Assembly: GCF_018977255.1 (NCBI RefSeq)
Contig: NW_024704743.1
Location: 98,334,001-98,398,000 of the forward strand
DNA from: Callorhinchus milii
Taxonomy: Eukaryota
Reading direction: 5' to 3'
Length of the DNA stretch: 64,000 bases
In this document: one piece after another, positions 26,776 through 37,795 of the stretch
How the letters are laid out: each line of letters opens with the position of its first letter
How positions within the stretch are numbered: the stretch's first letter is position 1
Program-made: the position numbers and the translations under genes
The notes under the pieces: generated by a model
What the model saw: the letters and a program-made list of their open reading frames with translations, nothing else
The model's database searches: none
What the model was told of the DNA's origin: nothing

Positions 26776-28068
26776 TACTACAGTATATAAAATAATAATA
26801 ATCCTTGTATTTGATATAGCACCTTATCATATCATTGTGACACCTCAAAGCGCTTAATAGAATATACTGTAAAGTGACAATGAATTGAAGTTCTAATCAT
26901 TAATAGAAGACTGTATTTTGTAGGAGAAATACAGTGAAGTGTTTTGTGGCATCCTCCTGAAGTGAAGGATGCAAAATGAAATGCAAGGATTGTAATAACC
27001 AAGTCAAAAAAAAAAAATCACCGTCATAATTATTATTATTATTATTAATTGACTGATGATAGCCCCAGGATTGCATTTCTTCTGAGACATTTTGCTACTC
27101 TTTATTCCTTGTAAATGATTTCTTCTGTTTCATTTCTCTCTGCTCTGTTTTAAAAACTTTTGTTTTCCCCTCTCTTATCTCCCATTTTCTTTCATGTTTT
27201 CTTTCACTCGATTCTGCAACAAAATGGACACAAGGATTCATGCAGGATTCCAATGACCAATGGGCACGCACACCAGGAATGCCAGGAAAAAGGATGCCAC
27301 GAAAAACCTATGGATGGGAGAATTGCTGCTCAGTATATTCTTATTATGAGTCGCAGTAAATACAAGCTGGACTGTGTTACCATTTAAATATATTATATGT
27401 TGGTGCACAGAATGAACAAAACAGGATCATTATATCATCCAATGCAGAATAAGCTTAGTATTACTCTTTCTTTCTACGATGCATTGCCTTAAAAAATTGC
27501 ATATTTTTTGATTGCTTAAAAATAGAGCATTGTGGCCAATAAATGCAAAAACATCACCAGGTTTACAAATGCTGAATGCACAACACGCCAGTCAATATGA
27601 CGTCAACCCATCACCAACTGCATCCATAAAACTATCAACAAGAAAAACTACAGAAAATTGCACTGTAAAGGTCTGCAATGCAGTAGAAACTGTATATTTT
27701 CTTGCTCCTTGAGTCAAAAAAGCATTGTTTCAGCTGAGTCAAAGGCTCACAGTTCCAAATTCTCAGCTTGAATCTCAGACAGAGAATTGATTCAATATCA
27801 AGGTTGTGCATCTTGGAAAATGCAATATGCTGGAAAATACAGAATAATTTATAGCATCCAGGAAAATTATAAATAACTTAGTTAACTTTTCTTTTCATGA
27901 GCTGGAGTATATTTACTCATTTTATCATAATTTATTTTACTAAAGTTTTCTCTAATTTCTCTGCATTTTACTATTTTCAATGTTTTATTATTAATAATAA
28001 AATTCTTGCATTTGATATTGCTCCTTTCAAATCAGGAGGACGTTTCAAAGCACTTCACAGGATTTCAT

Positions 28069-28444
28069 GGAGTCCTGTAGCTCACTGGTTAGAGCACTCG
28101 CCTGACAAGCAATATACCCGGGTTCGATTCCCGGCAGGACGAAACGCTGGGCAAGTTTCCTTACTCCACACGCCTCTGTATACCTAGCATAAAGTAGGAA
28201 CCCGGTTGTTAGTCGATTGGCAGATCACTTTTCCGGAGATAATAATCCCTCCAAAAAAAAAAAATAATAATGTGGTCACTCAATCCACGACTGTTTGTGG
28301 GACACTGCTGTGCGCAATTGGCTGCCGCGTTTCGCCCAGGAAATATACAGTCAATTCACTTTACAGTGTATTCTGTGAAGCACTTTGAGGCGTCTCGAAG
28401 ATGTGATAAGGCTCAATATCAAATGCAAGGATTATTATTATTAT
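28069..28444 (+). mobile_element. tRNA-derived SINE, full length, long subfamily, nested in an older antisense SINE tail
   Basis: Same head and tail, with the extra internal block cctagc..gtaggaacccggttgttagtcgattggc. Confidence 0.9.
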
Positions 28445-28994
28445 TTACCGCAAGTTGTATTTTGTACTTTGTAGGCAGACACGGCAGCCAATTTGTCCAC
28501 TGCAATGGATTGTTAGCCAATACTGTGAGTTCAAAGCCCAATGTGAGACTTGAATCTACAATTCTGCTGTGCAGTGCATCAATAAGTCAAAGATTCTCAG
28601 AGAGATATAATCTCATCACTGACAGATAAGAGCCTCTTCTGCTTGAATCTCATATTGTATTTTTTAAAAAAATACTTTTTTAAAAAAAATTCACTAAGTG
28701 ATTCAAGGGGTAGATTTGAATCTGTGCCATCCAATTTTGAGTGTTGATAAGTGAGTCATGTCATTAATGTGTCCACACTACAGAATTAACAGTGATACAA
28801 TGGGATATTATTGAATGATGATGAAGAATTCATAACAGGGATATAATTGATCTGTATTAGTGTCAAAGCTGTATATTGAATAAGAAAATTAATGGTACTC
28901 TAGTAGAGTTTTAATGTTAGTTATTCTACCGGTAACAATAAATATTAATTTAAATCAAAATTCCATGATAGCAAAAAGAACACACAGAACAATT

Positions 28995-29345
28995 AGGGAG
29001 CAGATGGCATAGCATGTCAACAAATTGGCTTTTTACTTCCAGGATCTTCATTTGAATCTATCCCAGGTTAATGAGATAAAGATCTTCAGGCCATAGAGAT
29101 CCCAAATGAATTGGGGGCAGTTGCAATTCGGTTTCTGGAAATTTGTAGATCTTCAGCAAAAAGCTGCTCAGAATTTGTACAAATTAGCACTAAACTAGCA
29201 AGCTTGTACAACCTTCAAGGAAGGGTGATATAGAAAATAGAAATGTTACAGTGATGTATTAGGGAAGCGTGTCTCAGTCTAGAGTTAAGACACATTCTTG
29301 CTGCAGAGATAAGGGAGCTTTACTCTGTATTTGATTAATTATGTA
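28995..29345 (+). mobile_element. Old SINE resembling LF-SINE
   Basis: Colinear segments ttgaatctatcccaggt, aaatgaattggggg, aattagcactaaactagca and agagttaagacacatt..gggagctttactctg resemble the LF-SINE consensus as I recall it. Confidence 0.5.
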
Positions 29346-30587
29346 ATATGTGCTCAAGGATAAAACAACATGCAAAAGTGGAAAGTTTGAATCCCCAATG
29401 CTAAGCTTCCTTTACCCAGATGAGCAAGAATATGTCTGAAAGACTTTAAGGTACTGTTGAAGTATGTTAACAGAAAATTATTCAACAACCTGTAAAGACG
29501 AGTCCTCAAAATGGTTAAAAGATTCAAGAATTTAAAGAATTTAATGATGTGTAAATGAGAGCTATGATTGCATAATAGGCTCAAGTCTGATTTGTAAAAG
29601 CATAAGGGAAAAAGGCAGTAGGTTTTCTTTCTAAATCATGCCACATTTTTGCATGACTACGAACCACTTTCACGATACCATTGAGTCAGGCCTATATCGT
29701 AAAAAGATTAGATAGGAATGACTAAATTTAAAACATAATTCTAATCGTTATTTAATTATATGTTAATTTTTGGAGGACAGGAGAGAATCATTGCCTCAGA
29801 AATGGTTGCTGATTTCTGAATAACTCTTTGAAGCTAACTTACATTTTATTAACATATGCACAGTGTGATGCTCGCAAGGTTAATGTCTTAGTTTATTATC
29901 TTCTCTTAACTGCCTGTACAAATCAGAAATGTGTTTCACTGGAGTTTGCAAAACCACCTACCTACCAATGGTGCTTATCCTAATGAAAGCAATAATCATT
30001 AATACAATACACATCAAAGTGAGTCAAAAACCCGTCACATACTTCAGTAATGTCCTTAATGTTCTATCAGTCATATTACTCTGTATTAAAGCACATTTAA
30101 AAATGCAGTGGCTTAAGGTCTGGATCTCATCTTTAAAACCCAAAGGCTGAAATTCTTCATTATCTTAGCTTGGTGTTCTGGGGCTCTTTTTTAAGAAATG
30201 CAGGAAACTGCTTTCCAAATTAAGACTGAATTTAAGGATTTTCCAAAACACTGCACAATCTTAATTTTTTTAAAGTTAAGACCATGATGATTTTGGGGCC
30301 CCTGATACTATACGCTAACCTCAGAGCACATATACACATTATTTGGTGAATATTGGAGTGGGAATATAAAAAATAAGAGGCATTGAATACTTCTATCATT
30401 CAAAACTTTCAACAAGCCCCCTTCAGCTTGTAGTGAGAAATGGAGATGAAAAGGGGATTGTTGAATGAGCCTGCTTTTTCCAAATTCAGCATCAACATTA
30501 ATCAGCGCTATACTCACCAGGGTCATGCTTGTGGAGAAGTGACTTTTTTTAAACTGCACCACAAATAACAGATCAGCTCATACTGAT

Positions 30588-30913
30588 GGAGTCCTGTAGC
30601 TCAGTGGTTAGAGCACTCGCTTTGCAAGTGAGAGACCTGAGTTCAATTCCAGGCAGGGAAAAACCTTGGGCAAGTTTCCTTACTCCACACGCCTAATAAT
30701 AATCCCTCCAAAAACCCAAAAAACAATAATAAATTGGTCATTTTCAATCTACGACTGTTTGTGGGACATTGCTGTGCGCAATTGGCTGCCGCGTTCGCCC
30801 ACAAATATACAGTCAATTCACTTTACAGTGTGTTCTGTGAAGCGCTTTGGGACGTCCTCCCGACGTGAAAAGCGCTATATCAAATGCAAGGATTATTATT
30901 ATTATTATTATTA
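30588..30913 (+). mobile_element. tRNA-derived SINE, full length, short young subfamily
   Basis: Head has A-box (tagctcagtgg) and B-box (gagttcaattcc), then an L2-like stem-loop tail and (ATT)n. Possible target-site duplication atactg. Confidence 0.92.
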
Positions 30914-32959
30914 TACTGTCCTAAGATGATACCTTAAGGGACCAATACAGTCATTGATAGCAGAAGCCACGCATTTAGTGCAGAGCCTTTGGATGAATTA
31001 TGTTTATTAAGCAAATGTTTCAATGAAAATACTTTGAACCTCCATAAAAGGCAGTTATTGCAACAGACGCAGACTAACCTTGAGATGGAGTAAAATTCAT
31101 AAACGTGTCTTTATAAATCATATAATCCCCTAAATCATACATGCACCCAAATCCCATTCAGTTTCGTACCAAAAAACACTTTGATTTCTTTGCACTAGTT
31201 GTATTTTATAAATCGGATATATGGCTCAATCGTAATGGTTCCTTGGTCCCAAATAATCCTAAATCCTATGCAAGTCATCTCTTAACTTGTAACAATGCTA
31301 CCGCACTTACCAGCTGAATCAAATTGTGGGAAGCGAAGTCTTGACACTGCATGCACCCTTACCGGCTGCATTGAAGTACCCACGCACAGCGTATCATATC
31401 AAGACAAATATGACACGATTTATACAGGTTTGCCTATAACTCATACTTAGTGTAAGCCATACTAAATGGAATTTATATGTCTTATGTGAGTTTTACTGTA
31501 TTTTGTAAGAAATTGGCACGGATGAATTCCAAAATAATTTTGAAATCTGAACTCAATCCACTGCGGTAAATTCCAATAACTCTTTCACAATATATTTCAA
31601 AATTATACATATTGGGATTCACTTTGGTATTTTTGAAGACTATTCAGATCTAAGTGAGTATTTCTAAATTGTCTCTCTCGGATCAATTGTGACATTAGTG
31701 AACTGTCCTTGAAAAGAGCTGGCAAGCTGAAACATAGAATTGTTTGTGATTGTAAATAAATAAGATTAGTGGAAAAAGCATTGATACCAATGAAAAAGAT
31801 GAAAAAAAGCAAGAAAGAAAGCATCTCACATGCCTGGCAGCAGTGCTCGCAAGAATCCTTGAACAGAGAAGAAATAGCTGATGTTGTTCAGACTATGATT
31901 TGAATCAGGGAAAGAACAACGAAGGACTCATCTGGAGTCTTGTTTGAGTTCACAAGGGAACTCGAGGGAAATGACAATGCAGGGGATAGTCAGGACATAG
32001 GACAAAATAATGGTGAAACACCTTGGATTGTTACGAATGTATATTGAGCTATTTGTTCTACATGGATTTGCTTATAGTAGAATTGGAGTATGGACCCTAA
32101 AATTGACCCCCACAAATCCAAAACGCAGGTAGAAAGTCTGCTGTTTCAAATCACATTGCTTTGCTTCAAAAAAATGCCAGACAGCTTATTGCGATCAAAA
32201 AGGTCACTACTGATGTTACTTTCTGAGCAAAGGAAGCAATATCTTTAACCGGAGGTTAATTAACAACTGGAACTCGTTGCCAAAGAAGGGGGGTTGAGAC
32301 CAGAACACTGGATTCAATAAAAAGCGGCTTGATGGTGTAATGGAGGGACAGTAGGGCGGATATTCTAGAATGATGAGATCAGATGAAAAGCCTCCTTCAT
32401 CCAAATTAAACTTGTGAACATCTACAGTAACTCAATGATCTTCAAGTTGGCCAGTTTATAGAGCATGATGCTAGCCGGCTTTCTGTGTACACAGGCAGTG
32501 AATGCCAAAGCGATGATTGGCGATTGTGCCTGGCTCTTGTGGGCTGGGATTATACAGACCCTAACTACTGCATTATAACGGGATTCTACTGAATTTAAAA
32601 ATGGATTTCCAGCCATGCACAGTTGGCTCCCAGTGTCCCTAGGCTGGCTCCCAGATCCTAATCTACAAATCCTTCCATGCTCTTTCCTCACTCTACCTCT
32701 GCAATGTTATACATCCCTTTTCTCCTGTACGAATCCTGTGCTGCTATGTCCCGATTTCCTGGGACACTTCCTCCACTCCCCTGCCCCCCCTCCTCCTCTC
32801 CCAATCTCTTCACTTTGCTCCTTCTATGCTTCAAAACCCTCAGTAAAACTTGTCCTTTGACCATACTGTTGGTTGACATCTTTAAACTTCCCCTCTTTCG
32901 CACCATGTGCAATGATCTACATTGTCTTTGTAAACTGCTCTGACATTAACATTGTTGTT

Positions 32960-33780
32960 TACAATATGGTAATTCCATTATATAAAAAGGAAACACTGAA
33001 GGAAATATAAGAACTTCAGAGGCATTCATGTCCCATTGTTAGTATCCCAGAGAAAATATTTTCCAATGTGTTCCTTAATAGATATAGAAATATTTGGATG
33101 GCAGGCTACAGGAAAGTCTCTATGGCTTCAGAAGGGGATATGGATGTGATTAACACATCTTCACATTGAAACAGATAATTGGCAAGTGCTGCAAAAGATT
33201 TGCGGATCTATTTGGCAGACTTTAACCAAGCAATGACTTTGTGTGGAGAAATGGTGTTTGCAAGTTGTTTGCAAGTCTCAAAGTTAGCAAGAACAATTAC
33301 TGGACTGTAGAAGTGATGTACAAGAGTACAAAGGCTTGTGTGAGGACCTCAGTAAAATTGTTAGAAATGTTCAAAGTGAAGGCAAAACCATCAGGGCTGA
33401 ATCTTGTTACCCATCTTATTCAATAACAGTTCTTTTTTGAACCATATCAAGAGTGAGGCAATGCGAAACAAAGCAGTATTGTACAGTGGTAACTCAAGAC
33501 CTGGTAAGCACCTGAAATATCAAAATGATCTTGCTATTCTCAGTGGATTCTTGATTGTCACAGAGGAATTGGGTGCTCAAGGTCACAAACATTTCATATC
33601 AGCTTCCCAAAGATGAAGGTTATATCCATTACACAGAGCGAACTCAGAACAGTTTCTGAAAGGAATTGTTGAATACTGAAGAGAATGCTGAATGGGTTTA
33701 CATCCCTAAATAGCAGTATGCCTGGAAGAGTAGGATGCCATAAAATAAAATGATAAAATGACCTGCTCCAGCTGGAATTC
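32960..33780 (+). mobile_element. Decayed RTE-like non-LTR retrotransposon RT remnant (probably continues at ~34270-34600 after a SINE)
   Basis: Across frameshifts: IPLYKK..KNFRGI..SIPEKIFSNV..QESLYGFRRGYGCD*HIFTLKQIIGKC..ADFNQA..FVWRNG. This is colinear with the RT pattern NYRGISLLS/GFRxGRSCxDHIFTL/DFxKAFDSV. Confidence 0.7.
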
Positions 33781-35390
33781 TTTTTGACAGATTATGGTAG
33801 CTCCCTTGCCTTCAAGCCCCAAGTCGGGATTCTGAGCTCTAGGCTGACACTAAAATGCTATACTGGGTGTATAACATTAATATTCCTTACATTTGGTATA
33901 GAGCCACTCACTTTGGGAAGATGTCCCAAAGCGCTTCCTAGGATATACTGCAAAGTGCACAAACTACGTTGTCAGAGGTGCCATCTTTGGTTGAGACGTT
34001 AAACTGTCTGTCTGCCTGTTCAAATGGATATTAAAGATCCCATGACACTATTCAAAAAGAGAAGGGAATTTCTCATGGTGCCCTCTCCAACAATCCTCAA
34101 GATAAAAATTGATCTTTCACTTTATGGCTGTTTGAGGGACATTGCTGTGTGCAAATTGTCTGTCACAGTATACTTAATTGTAAATCCTATGAAGCGTTTC
34201 GAGACATCTGGATGACGTGACAAGGCGCTATATCAAATGCAAGGATTATGATTATTATTATTGAAAGTACTCTAGAAGGGGACAGATATTATTTGGCATA
34301 AAAAGTTGAGAAGATGAAGTAAACACCCAACAACACTTCTGCATGACCGAGAGCTGGATCTGCATGAAGTCACAGAACACAGCTGAACGTATTTGGAAAG
34401 GCGGATTCAGCTGGGAGAATGGAATAAATACTTGAAGTAATGAGAAGCTGGTGTCCTGGATACAGTAACAGTTATGACAGGCACACTAGGTGCACCATTT
34501 GGCTGAGGTTCAGTACTTTCAGAAGGTTATGAAATGTGTAAAGGGCTGCATGGCGTGCCAAATTAAGACGGTATTGGGAACAGAATTAAATAGAAATACA
34601 ATAATTGATGGATAGCTGTGGGAATGGCAAAGGGATTACTCTCTTTAGTTGTCTATGGCCAGAGTCTCGTGATGAGAACCAATTCCAGTCTTTCTGCTCT
34701 ATGTTTTAGAATATCTAAATTGGCCCCATTTGGATCAGTTGGAACATTTACGAATTGATGCTCGTGGGATTTATTACAAACATTTCCAAAGTGTGGTTGG
34801 TGGGATATATTCAGTTTACATACATGGCTAGCTGATAAGGTTTTTTAAAAAATGTAAATGCAGAGGTGCGGTAAAATTAATCCCAAAACTGCTGTAGAAA
34901 TGTAGATTCCCTCACCATATCTTCTAAAATCTGATGTAACAGCCTTCGTTTCAGATTCTCAACTCTACTTATTGAGTGAGTGAAATTACCAATTTCAATT
35001 CATCAGTGTAGACAATAGAGCTCTTAGGAGTGCTTAAGTGCCAATGGATGCTGCATCCGAAAAATAAAGCTGAGGGAGCGTATGGCAACCGCATTCAAAT
35101 ATTGTAACCTTAAAATTAGTTGTGCCCCCATTTGTTACTTTTATATATTAAATGTTAATGCACAAATACTCATGAGACAGCATTTTCAGTTAATAAGGTA
35201 CTGAGTCACAATTGCTTATTAATTTGTTGGATTATCAGCATTGTCATAATAGGTTATATTATCAGTATATCCTAATCACTGTATCAAAGCACAAAAAGTC
35301 TGCATAATTAGGCTTGGAGGTCTTTTAATCAAGCTCACGAAAAGTCTGGTTTGGTTTTGTAATCCGTAACCAAATAGTGGAAAATCTTAC

Positions 35391-35614
35391 CAGAAGCTTA
35401 GTTGTATTACTTGCTAATTTGCTCATGGACAATATTCTGTCGTAGTCTTCTCTAACATATGGTTCAATTAGTCCTTTATTCACACTTATAGAAATACTTT
35501 CTTTGAGTTTGTAATTTATTCCCATTCTTCCATTTTGATACCAATAATATACATTTGCATGATTATTCAGGATACAGGCGGCTAATGGAAAATGTGTTTT
35601 GCATATTGGAAATC
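35391..35614 (-). CDS. Candidate internal coding exon of an unidentified host gene (224 nt, phase 1 to 0)
   Basis: Acceptor gttcttacag| and donor CTG|gtaaga bracket an open frame FPICKTHFPLAACILNNHANVYYWYQNG..KLASNTTKLL in non-repeat DNA. No homology recognised. Confidence 0.3.
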
Positions 35615-35859
35615 CTGTAAGAACTACAGTGTTAGATTGATTCAGTAACGCTATTCTGTTGTTAGATATATAACCAAAATGTCTGACAAACAAATTACTA
35701 ACAGCAGAGCTGGACTGATAGCATCTAGTGCTTGTTTTTTTTCCCAGTACCATCTGTGCTGGCCTAGTATCCACAGAGTATTATTAAAGTATATTGGAGA
35801 ACTATGAATCAGAAAGTTTAGGGAACACAGTATGTACAGCATCCTACAGGCATAATGAA

Positions 35860-36150
35860 AAAATAAAACAACTTGGTTGAAAGATCGTCCACTGATGGTG
35901 GGACACAGCGGGTAGGAAACAACAAGAAGACTGATGTTTGCTGAATGGAGGAAGCAGCCAGGGCAGTAGGATTGCAGGTCTCAGACATGGAGTGGAGTGA
36001 TGCCATGGAGGCATTTGAAAGTGAGGAGGAGAATTATGTATAATCCACTTAGCGATGGGGAAGTCAGTGGAGCCAAAGAAAGATGGGGGTGATTGGCTCG
36101 TGGGGCCTGGTGCAGCAGAAGATACGAGCTGCAGAATTCTGGAATGGTCT
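35860..36150 (-). mobile_element. Old L2 LINE fragment
   Basis: gagctgcagaattctgga (QNSAA), agtcagtggagc (LHWL-like) and ttgaaagtgaggaggagaatt (ILLLTFK) on the minus strand. Confidence 0.65.
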
Positions 36151-37079
36151 GCAGCAGATGCAGGGAATTTATAGAAACAGATTAGTACATTTGTGAAGAA
36201 ATTCTAAATAATAATGCCCCTTTAACACCACAAATCATAGGTTAATAATTTTAACGTAGTAAAGATTTTTTCCCAGTTTAGAACTATGAGATCCCATATT
36301 CTTTGGTACATTCCGTAAATGAAAAGTCCTTAATTACTCTCCTATTTTGTTTGTACTAAAGATCCATTGCATTGGAAATGACTGTTTTGTGCGTAGTTGT
36401 ACATTTAGTGCTTCATTATACTTTTATATATAGTTTTAATATTCCTTCCTATATCTTTTTAATCCCTAATCTTAATCGGTTAAAGTTGATTCAGTTGTGG
36501 ACGTTGAGATGGATTGAAACTGCTGTTGCCAGGGAAGCGGGAAGGATAAATAATGTATCTGTGTCTAGTATGACAAGAGGCAAGAAGACCCAGGTCAGGA
36601 CACGAAGAGAAAACAGCATTGCTACATTTAAGTTTTAGCACTGTCATCGCAGCAGCAGTGCACTCTTATCACCTAAAAATCAGTGGGTCACAGGCACATT
36701 TCGCTGAATAGTTTAGAGGCTATACAAGTGCCAATGTTGGAGCATCTGTACAATCCTGTTGAAAGTAACTCCAAGTGAAAGGAATCAGCAAGGTCAGGGC
36801 AAACGTTGACAGGAAGCTCCATGCTGGAGACAGCTATGTACAACTGAAACTTTACCTGCCTCCTGACAGAAAGTCGATAAAAGCTGAGAATAAGGGAAAC
36901 CTAGATGACTTAAAAAAAGGAACAATTAAATATATATCATATAAATTCTCCCAGTAATAATTGTCCAAATAAACTTCCAAATTTTTTTTAGCTAACTCGC
37001 TTCACTTCCTGAAGAAAATCCCTATTTGAGGGAATATTGACCCGGACACCGGGAAAAACTCTTTTTGAATGGTATCTCT

Positions 37080-37795
37080 AACAACAACAAGATTGCATTT
37101 ATAGAGCGCCTTTCACGTCGGGAGGACGTCCCAAGTCGCTGGACAGTTGGGTCGGGACCCGAGCAGGGGGGAAATAGTCAGAGTGAGGGGAGGGAAGGGA
37201 GAGAGTGAGGAGGGGGTAGAGAGTCGAGAGGGGAGCTGAAGGCACGGTTGAAGAGAAAGGTCTTGAGACCGGCCTTGAAGGAGGAAAGGGAGGAAGCGGC
37301 GAAGGCACTGGAGGATGGAGTTCCAGAGCCTCGGGGCTGAGAGGCTGAAGGCCCGGCCACCGATGGTAGGGCGGTTGGGGCGGGGGATGTGGAGCAGACC
37401 GGAGCCTGAGGAACGGAGGGTACGGGCAGATAAGTAGAGGGATAGTAGGTCGGAGAGATAGGAGGGTGCAAGGCCATGAATGGCCTTGTAGGTGAGGATG
37501 AGGATCTTGAAATCGATCCTCTGGGGGATGGGGAGCCAGTGGAGGAGAGCGAGGGTGGGAGTGATGTGGTCACGAAGCCTGGTGCGGGACAGTACCCGAG
37601 CTGCAGAGTTCTGAATGACCTGCAGCTTGTGGAGGGAGGTGCCGGGAAGGCCGGCGAGGAGAGAGTTCCCATAGTCCAGCCTTGAGGTGACAAAGGCGTG
37701 GACCAGTGTTTCAGCAGCGTGAGGGGTGAGGTACTGCCATAGTCTGGCGATATTCCGGAGGGGGTGGAAGGCGGTGCCAGTTGTGGCGCGGATAA
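37080..37795 (-). mobile_element. Young 5'-truncated L2 LINE, same subfamily as the 49.65-kb copy
   Basis: Minus-strand [50 protein letters not shown]. Near-identical by eye to 50787-51500. (AAC)n on the + strand at 37080. Confidence 0.95.

Noticed and set aside
30588..30660. tRNA-Ala-like gene (also at 18835, 28069, 24177, 7629, 15734)
   Set aside because: These are SINE heads. The anticodon position varies between copies and each continues directly into the SINE body and (ATT)n tail.
31085..31520. Possible long inverted repeat
   Set aside because: Only short patchy matches between the arms; not distinguishable from chance by eye.
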